Shown in pieces: positions 59,840-64,000 of a stretch of 64,000 nt of DNA. Both the position numbers and the translations under genes were made by a program. The notes beneath the pieces were generated by a model. That model was not told the origin of the DNA, made no database searches, and saw nothing but the letters and a program-made list of their open reading frames with translations. Position 1 is the first letter of the stretch. Every line of letters starts with the position of its first letter. This DNA is from Patescibacteria group bacterium (GTDB taxonomy: Bacteria > Patescibacteriota > Minisyncoccia > CAIUEV01 > JAHKAQ01): the NCBI GenBank assembly GCA_034716235.1, contig JAYEHH010000019.1, positions 16,114 to 80,113 of the forward strand, given 5' to 3'.

Positions 59840-59962
59840 TTGTCGGCGAGCTTCTACAATCTTCTTACCCTTTTTAGTCTTAGCCATTGTATTTAATTAA
59901 TTGATTTTGGGGCTAATTGATGATTCTAGAAGAAGAGTATTTTCAGTATAGTCTAAATTTTA
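59840..59962. repeat. Direct repeat copy B (with a 26-bp insertion relative to copy A)
   Basis: 'tgtcggcgagcttctacaatcttcttaccc...aattgattttggggctaattgatgattctagaagaagagtattttcagtatagtctaaatttt'. Confidence 0.7.
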
Positions 59963-60047
59963 TTATTTTTACAGAGAGAAAAAGGAATTATCTTATAAGA
60001 ACTAAAAATATGAATTTTGACCAAGGCAGAAGGAAAGGTGAAGCTAC

Positions 60048-60110
60048 TTGTTGACTTTCGATATACTTTCGATATACTGATAATATACTCGAAAATAAAT
60101 CGAAAGTTAG
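60048..60110 (+). promoter_or_regulatory. Promoter/operator of the LexA-MTase gene: TTGACT-N16-TATACT with three ATATACT iterons at 11-bp phasing, flanked by inverted ACTTTCGA/TCGAAAGT
   Basis: ttgactttcgatatactttcgatatactgataatatactcgaaaataaatcgaaagt. Confidence 0.4.
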
Positions 60111-60124
60111 TTAATTCAAGCACT

Positions 60125-61666
60125 ATGATTACTAAAAGACAAAAAGAAATTCTAAATTTTATTAAATCTTATAAAGAAAGAGAGAATCAGGCACCTTCTT
60201 TGGAGGAAATTAAAAAATATTTAAACCTTTCTGCTGTTTCTACTGTTCATTATCACATAAAAAAGCTTAAAGATGCAGGATTATTGCAAAAAAGAAAAAA
60301 TCAGCCACGTTCTATTGTGACTGTCAAAGAACGGGAAATGATTAGAGTGCCAATCAAAGGAATAATTGCAGCTGGGCAACCAATTGAAGCAGTAGAAACT
60401 TCTGGTGAGTCAGTTTCAGTGGAAAAAAATGATTATAATTCAAGGGATGTATATTATGCTTTGCGTGTGAGAGGAAATAGTATGATTAATGATGGTATTT
60501 TTAACAACGATCTTGTCATAATTAAAAAACAAGCTAGCGCAGAAAATGGGCAAACAGTTGTTGCCATCATTGATGACAATGAAGCAACGCTCAAGAAACT
60601 ATACAAGCTTGATCATATGTTTAAATTAGAACCAGCCAATCAGAACATGCTTCCTTTATATAGAAAGGAAGTTGAGGTTCGTGGAGTTGTGGTGAATATT
60701 ATTCGTAGTCTCGAATTGCGAGAAAAATTACGCACGCTTGATTTATTTGCAGGAATTGGAGGGATAAGGCTTGGCTTTGAAAAAGCTAACTTTAAAACTG
60801 TATTCGCAAATGATTTTGAGAAACAATGCAAAGCGACATATGACGCAAATTTCAATGTATGTAAATTGATTGTTGAGGACATTACCAGAATAGAACCTGA
60901 AGATTTACCAGAATTTGATTTTCTTCTTGGTGGCTTTCCGTGTCAACCATTTTCTGTTGCAGGATATCGAGAAGGTTTTAAGGATAAAAAAGGTCGTGGC
61001 AATTTATTTTTTTATATTGCACAAATTATAGAAAAAAGACGACCAATGGGATTCTTGCTTGAGAATGTTAAGAATTTAAAGAGCCATGACCATGGTCGCA
61101 CTTTTAAAATTATAGAAAAAACATTAAAAGATTTAGGCTATCATATTAAATCAAAGATTTTAAATAGCATGGAATATGGAAATGTTCCTCAAAATAGAGA
61201 AAGAATTTATATTGTTGGGTTCAAAGATAAAAAACATGCAGATAATTTTATTTTTCCAAGAAAGAAGAAATTAATCACAAGAGTAACTGATTTATTAGAA
61301 AAAAATGTTGATAAAAAATATTATTACAATGGCAAACCATTGTATGAAAAAATAAAAAATGATGTAAAAGAGAGAGGAAAGGTATATCAATGGCGTAGAA
61401 AATATGTTCGTGAAAATAAAAGCGGAGTTTGTCCAACCCTAACTGCAAACATGGGAACTGGCGGACACAATGTCCCGATTATAAAAGACAGAAAAGGGAT
61501 CAGAAAACTAACACCCTTAGAATGCGCACGCTTGCAAGGTTTTCCTATGGATTATAAATTACCAAATTTAGCAGATTCTACATTATATAAACAACTTGGA
61601 AATTCTGTGACAGTTACAGTTGTTGAAGCGGTAGCAAGAGAAATTAAAAAGGTTGTTGAGGATTAA
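60125..61666 (+). CDS. LexA-like repressor (wHTH + S24 autopeptidase) fused in-frame to a Dcm-type DNA (cytosine-5) methyltransferase
   Basis: LexA part: 'GIIAAGQPIEA' (Ala-Gly cleavage loop), 'RVRGNSMINDG' (catalytic Ser), 'EATLKKLYK' (catalytic Lys), 'VEVRGVVVNIIRS'. MTase part: motif I 'LFAGIGGIRLGF', IV 'GGFPCQPFSVAG', VI 'FLLENVKNL', VIII 'QNRERIYIVGF', X 'LGNSVTV'. ATG at 60125 is preferred over the track's TTG at 60017. Confidence 0.8.
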   Translation: MITKRQKEILNFIKSYKERENQAPSLEEIKKYLNLSAVSTVHYHIKKLKDAGLLQKRKNQPRSIVTVKEREMIRVPIKGIIAAGQPIEAVETSGESVSVEKNDYNSRDVYYALRVRGNSMINDGIFNNDLVIIKKQASAENGQTVVAIIDDNEATLKKLYKLDHMFKLEPANQNMLPLYRKEVEVRGVVVNIIRSLELREKLRTLDLFAGIGGIRLGFEKANFKTVFANDFEKQCKATYDANFNVCKLIVEDITRIEPEDLPEFDFLLGGFPCQPFSVAGYREGFKDKKGRGNLFFYIAQIIEKRRPMGFLLENVKNLKSHDHGRTFKIIEKTLKDLGYHIKSKILNSMEYGNVPQNRERIYIVGFKDKKHADNFIFPRKKKLITRVTDLLEKNVDKKYYYNGKPLYEKIKNDVKERGKVYQWRRKYVRENKSGVCPTLTANMGTGGHNVPIIKDRKGIRKLTPLECARLQGFPMDYKLPNLADSTLYKQLGNSVTVTVVEAVAREIKKVVED

Positions 61667-61669
61667 AAA

Positions 61670-62233
61670 TTATTCCCAAACCCTTACATTTGTTGCCAGT
61701 GGCTTTATTTTATTTTCTTGTATAATTTCTTGAATACTCATTCTTGGTCTTCGTTTTTCGGTTTGTTGTTGCCTTAATATTTGGTTTTTATTAACCTGCT
61801 TTTCATAAATCAAATTATTCGGTATTAAATAAACATCAAACGAACCATCTAGATCGCCATTTCTATAAAAATTCATAAAATATAAATCATCCCACTCGGT
61901 TTTAGGTCCAAAAGATGTTAAATCTTTTGCGATGCTTGTTGCTTTAATTTGCTCTTTGCGATTGGATTTAAGATTTATAGTATCGAAAGATACCGTTCCA
62001 GCACCTCTTATTTTTCTTTGGAATCTAACAGAACCAGAAAACACACAAAACATTCCTTCAGAAAGTACTTCCGGTATATTTACCTTTCTACCATATTTAG
62101 ATAACCCAACATTTAATCTTTTCCATAAATCAAATAATCGTTTGAAAGCTTTTGCATCCGTTTGACTCATAATAGCAATCTCAATAGCTAGCTCATGGTT
62201 ATCTATAACAACTTTTTGTTTTTGTAATTTCAT
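61670..62233 (-). CDS. Putative type II restriction endonuclease, tail-to-tail with the MTase
   Basis: 187-aa ORF whose stop lies 3 bp from the MTase stop on the opposite strand. Possible PD-(D/E)xK elements 'FDVYLIPNNLIYEKQ'. No confident family assignment. Confidence 0.35.
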   Translation of the reverse strand: MKLQKQKVVIDNHELAIEIAIMSQTDAKAFKRLFDLWKRLNVGLSKYGRKVNIPEVLSEGMFCVFSGSVRFQRKIRGAGTVSFDTINLKSNRKEQIKATSIAKDLTSFGPKTEWDDLYFMNFYRNGDLDGSFDVYLIPNNLIYEKQVNKNQILRQQQTEKRRPRMSIQEIIQENKIKPLATNVRVWE

Positions 62234-62360
62234 AAAATTATTGAATTAAATTTTAGACTAGAATTTATAGTTTTATTTAAATTTAATAAAACATGAGAAT
62301 ATAAGAAATTACTTGTGGTTGGTTCCAGTCACTTTCGTAAATCTGTTGGCGGGCGAAGGC

Positions 62361-62502
62361 GGAGAGGGAGGGATTTGCCCCGCATGCGCGGGGCACCACG
62401 TCGGATGACGTGGTGAACCCTCTATTTCTGCGGAGAGGGAGGGATTTGCCCCGCATGCGCGGGGCACCACGTCGGATGACGTGGTGAACCCTCTATTTCT
62501 GC
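62361..62502. repeat. Two tandem 71-bp units, each a tRNA-Ser 3'-end fragment (ggagagggagggattt...gaaccctc) interrupted by a 38-bp GC-rich double-hairpin insert
   Basis: Units at 62361-62431 and 62432-62502. Hairpins gccccgcATGCgcggggc and caccacgtcGGATgacgtggtg. The array abuts the genuine tRNA 3' end at 62502/62503. Confidence 0.85.
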
Positions 62503-62588
62503 GGAGAGGGAGGGATTTGAACCCTCGGTACCAATAAAGGTACACCTGCACTCCAAGCAGGCCCATTCGGCCACTTTGGTACCTCTCC
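62502..62588 (-). tRNA. tRNA-Ser (anticodon GGA), class II, no encoded CCA
   Basis: Reverse complement GGAGAGGTACCAAAGTGGCCGAATGGGCCTGCTTGGAGTGCAGGTGTACCTTTATTGGTACCGAGGGTTCAAATCCCTCCCTCTCCG, with anticodon loop TTGGAGT and a long variable arm. Confidence 0.75.
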
Positions 62589-62726
62589 TTGTACACAACT
62601 AACAACCTCTAACAACTAACAATTAACTTGATAGCTTTATAAACTTGATAACACATAAACGTAAAACATAAAATGGTAAGTATTACTTAAGATTGGATTC
62701 GCCCCGCATGCGCCAGATTACACTTT

Positions 62727-62802
62727 CCTACCTCACCTACCTCACCTACCTCACGGCAGGCAGGCGGCAGGCAGGCGGCAGGCAGGCGGCAGGCAGGCGT
62801 GG
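62727..62802. repeat. Adjacent microsatellites (cctacctca)x3 and (ggcaggcaggcg)x~4
   Basis: Visible directly at cctacctcacctacctcacctacctcac ggcaggcaggcggcaggcaggcggcaggcaggcggcaggcaggcg. Confidence 0.85.
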
Positions 62803-62829
62803 AGATGACATGTTATGTTAGCTTCTTCT

Positions 62830-62870
62830 AAATTTGCTCGGGATTCCCGCTTTCGCGGGAATGACAGGTC
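62830..62870. repeat. GC-rich mosaic intergenic repeat (family member 4, inverted submotifs)
   Basis: 'aaatttgctcgggattcccgctttcgcgggaatgacagg' combines submotifs seen at 2480, 7838 and (inverted) 2355. Confidence 0.55.
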
Positions 62871-62957
62871 TTTTTCTAAACTAGCGTGTTAAAATTCCCA
62901 ATTTCTAGATTGTAGTATATAATTTAACTGAAAGTTAATTAATCTACAACCTCTACC

Positions 62958-64000
62958 ATGAATGATGTCGAAGAAATAAAATCTCGTTTGAATATTGTGG
63001 ATATTATTGGTAGCTACGTTAAGCTTACGCAAGCTGGAACAAATTACAAGGCTCTTTGCCCATTCCATAACGAGAAAACACCTTCCTTTGTGGTGAATGA
63101 AGAGCGTCAGGTTTTTCATTGCTTCGGTTGTGGAAAAGGTGGGGATATATTTACCTTCATTCAGGAGACTGACGGAGTGGACTTTAGAGAGGCTTTAAAA
63201 ATACTGGCTGATCGAGCAGGAGTACAGCTTAAAGGCTATGACGGGCAACAGAGTCAAGAGAAAAGTCAAAGTCGTAACATTATGAAAGAAGCCGTAAGTA
63301 TTTTTCAAGAAAATTTAGAATCTTCAGCGGGAAAACAAGCTGACAAATACCTCAAAGAGAGGGGCGTACCTGTTGCCATGATAGAAAAATTCGCTCTAGG
63401 CTTTGCTCTTAATGGTTGGCAGGGGCTTTTTGATAAGCTTATTCGTTCAAAATTTAAACCAGAGGAGATAAAGAAGGCTGGTCTGGCCGTAGAAAGTGAA
63501 AGAAGACCGGGTAGTTTCTATGACCGTTTTCGTAATAGAATTATGTTTCCTATTTATAGCTCATTTGGAGAGCCATTAGGATTTTCAGCTCGTATTCTTC
63601 CAGGAGATGATTCTGAAATGGGGAAATATATTAACACCCCTCAAACCGAGATTTATGACAAAAGTCAAGCACTCTATGGTATAAATTTAGCTAAAAATGC
63701 CATTAAACAAAAAGATCTTTGTATTTTATTAGAAGGGAACTTAGATGTTATAATGAGCCATGTGGCTGGAGTAGAAAATGTAGTAGCTACTTGTGGAACA
63801 GCAGTCACAGAGGGACAGTTAAAGACAATTCAACGATATTCTAATAATATCGCTTTTGCTTTTGATGTCGATGAAGCGGGAATTAAGGCCTCTAAAAAGG
63901 GAATTGATTTAGCTTTATCGGTGGGAGCCAATGTAAAAGCTATAAATTTAGGTATCGCTGGAAAAGACAACAAAGATGTGGCAGATATTGTTCAAAAATC
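62958..64000 (+). CDS. dnaG: DNA primase DnaG (5' part; continues beyond the window)
   Basis: CHC2 zinc finger 'CPFHNEKTPSFVVNEERQVFHCFGCGKGGD' and TOPRIM 'LLEGNLDVIMSH'. No stop before the window end. Confidence 0.85.
   Translation, partial: MNDVEEIKSRLNIVDIIGSYVKLTQAGTNYKALCPFHNEKTPSFVVNEERQVFHCFGCGKGGDIFTFIQETDGVDFREALKILADRAGVQLKGYDGQQSQEKSQSRNIMKEAVSIFQENLESSAGKQADKYLKERGVPVAMIEKFALGFALNGWQGLFDKLIRSKFKPEEIKKAGLAVESERRPGSFYDRFRNRIMFPIYSSFGEPLGFSARILPGDDSEMGKYINTPQTEIYDKSQALYGINLAKNAIKQKDLCILLEGNLDVIMSHVAGVENVVATCGTAVTEGQLKTIQRYSNNIAFAFDVDEAGIKASKKGIDLALSVGANVKAINLGIAGKDNKDVADIVQK

Noticed and set aside
60017-60124. Track-predicted N-terminal extension (TTG start at 60017) of the LexA-MTase ORF
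   Set aside because: The extension overlaps the TTGACT-N16-TATACT promoter and iteron operator. The first ATG (60125) begins the canonical LexA HTH 'MITKRQKEILNF'. The extension is therefore treated as non-coding.
62309-62605. 98-aa minus-strand ORF
   Set aside because: It is composed of the tandem 71-bp GC-rich repeats and the tRNA-Ser gene. The high GC content creates an open frame.

Overview
This is a low-GC (roughly one-third G+C) bacterial chromosomal segment with short intergenic spacers, read in the standard genetic code. The gene content resembles a reduced-genome, Gram-positive-like (possibly CPR/Patescibacteria-type) organism; that lineage call is inference only.

Replication-origin neighbourhood: rpmH-rnpA-yidC lies divergent from dnaA-dnaN-(DciA-like), with a 46-bp perfect palindrome at the dnaA/dnaN junction.

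Other core genes: mutM, ruvB, ruvC, PBP1A, ksgA, cca, yraN, dksA/traR-like, lspA, comM, a LysM-CHAP hydrolase, gatCA, gyrB, a FemAB-like gene, pyk, dCMP deaminase, a long ThyX-like gene, an ECF sigma/anti-sigma pair, and the 5' part of dnaG. There are four tRNAs, none with an encoded CCA: Gly-GCC, Leu-TAA, Cys-GCA and Ser-GGA.

Accessory or unusual content:
- A LexA (HTH + S24 autoprotease) fused in-frame to a Dcm-type C5-cytosine DNA methyltransferase, convergent with a small restriction-endonuclease-like ORF. It sits next to a tRNA-Ser whose 3' end is preceded by two tandem 71-bp pseudo-3'-end repeats carrying GC-rich hairpins.
- A type-IV-secretion-like cluster on the minus strand (VirB4 ATPase, VirB6/ConG-like polytopic protein, PrgI/VirB3-like protein, a Q/P-rich protein, a beta-propeller lipoprotein). 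No relaxase, coupling protein or integrase is visible in the window.
- A 1010-aa protein made of two complete GspE/PilB secretion-ATPase modules in tandem.
- A 7TM / RimK-like ATP-grasp::retropepsin-like / second ATP-grasp cassette just upstream of PBP1A.
- A surface-polysaccharide locus (flippase, GT2 glycosyltransferase, two O-antigen-ligase-like proteins).
- Several families of short intergenic repeats. One is a set of CACGTG-centred perfect palindromes, one copy of which lies in-frame inside a membrane-protein gene. Another is a GC-rich mosaic family found at three intergenic loci.
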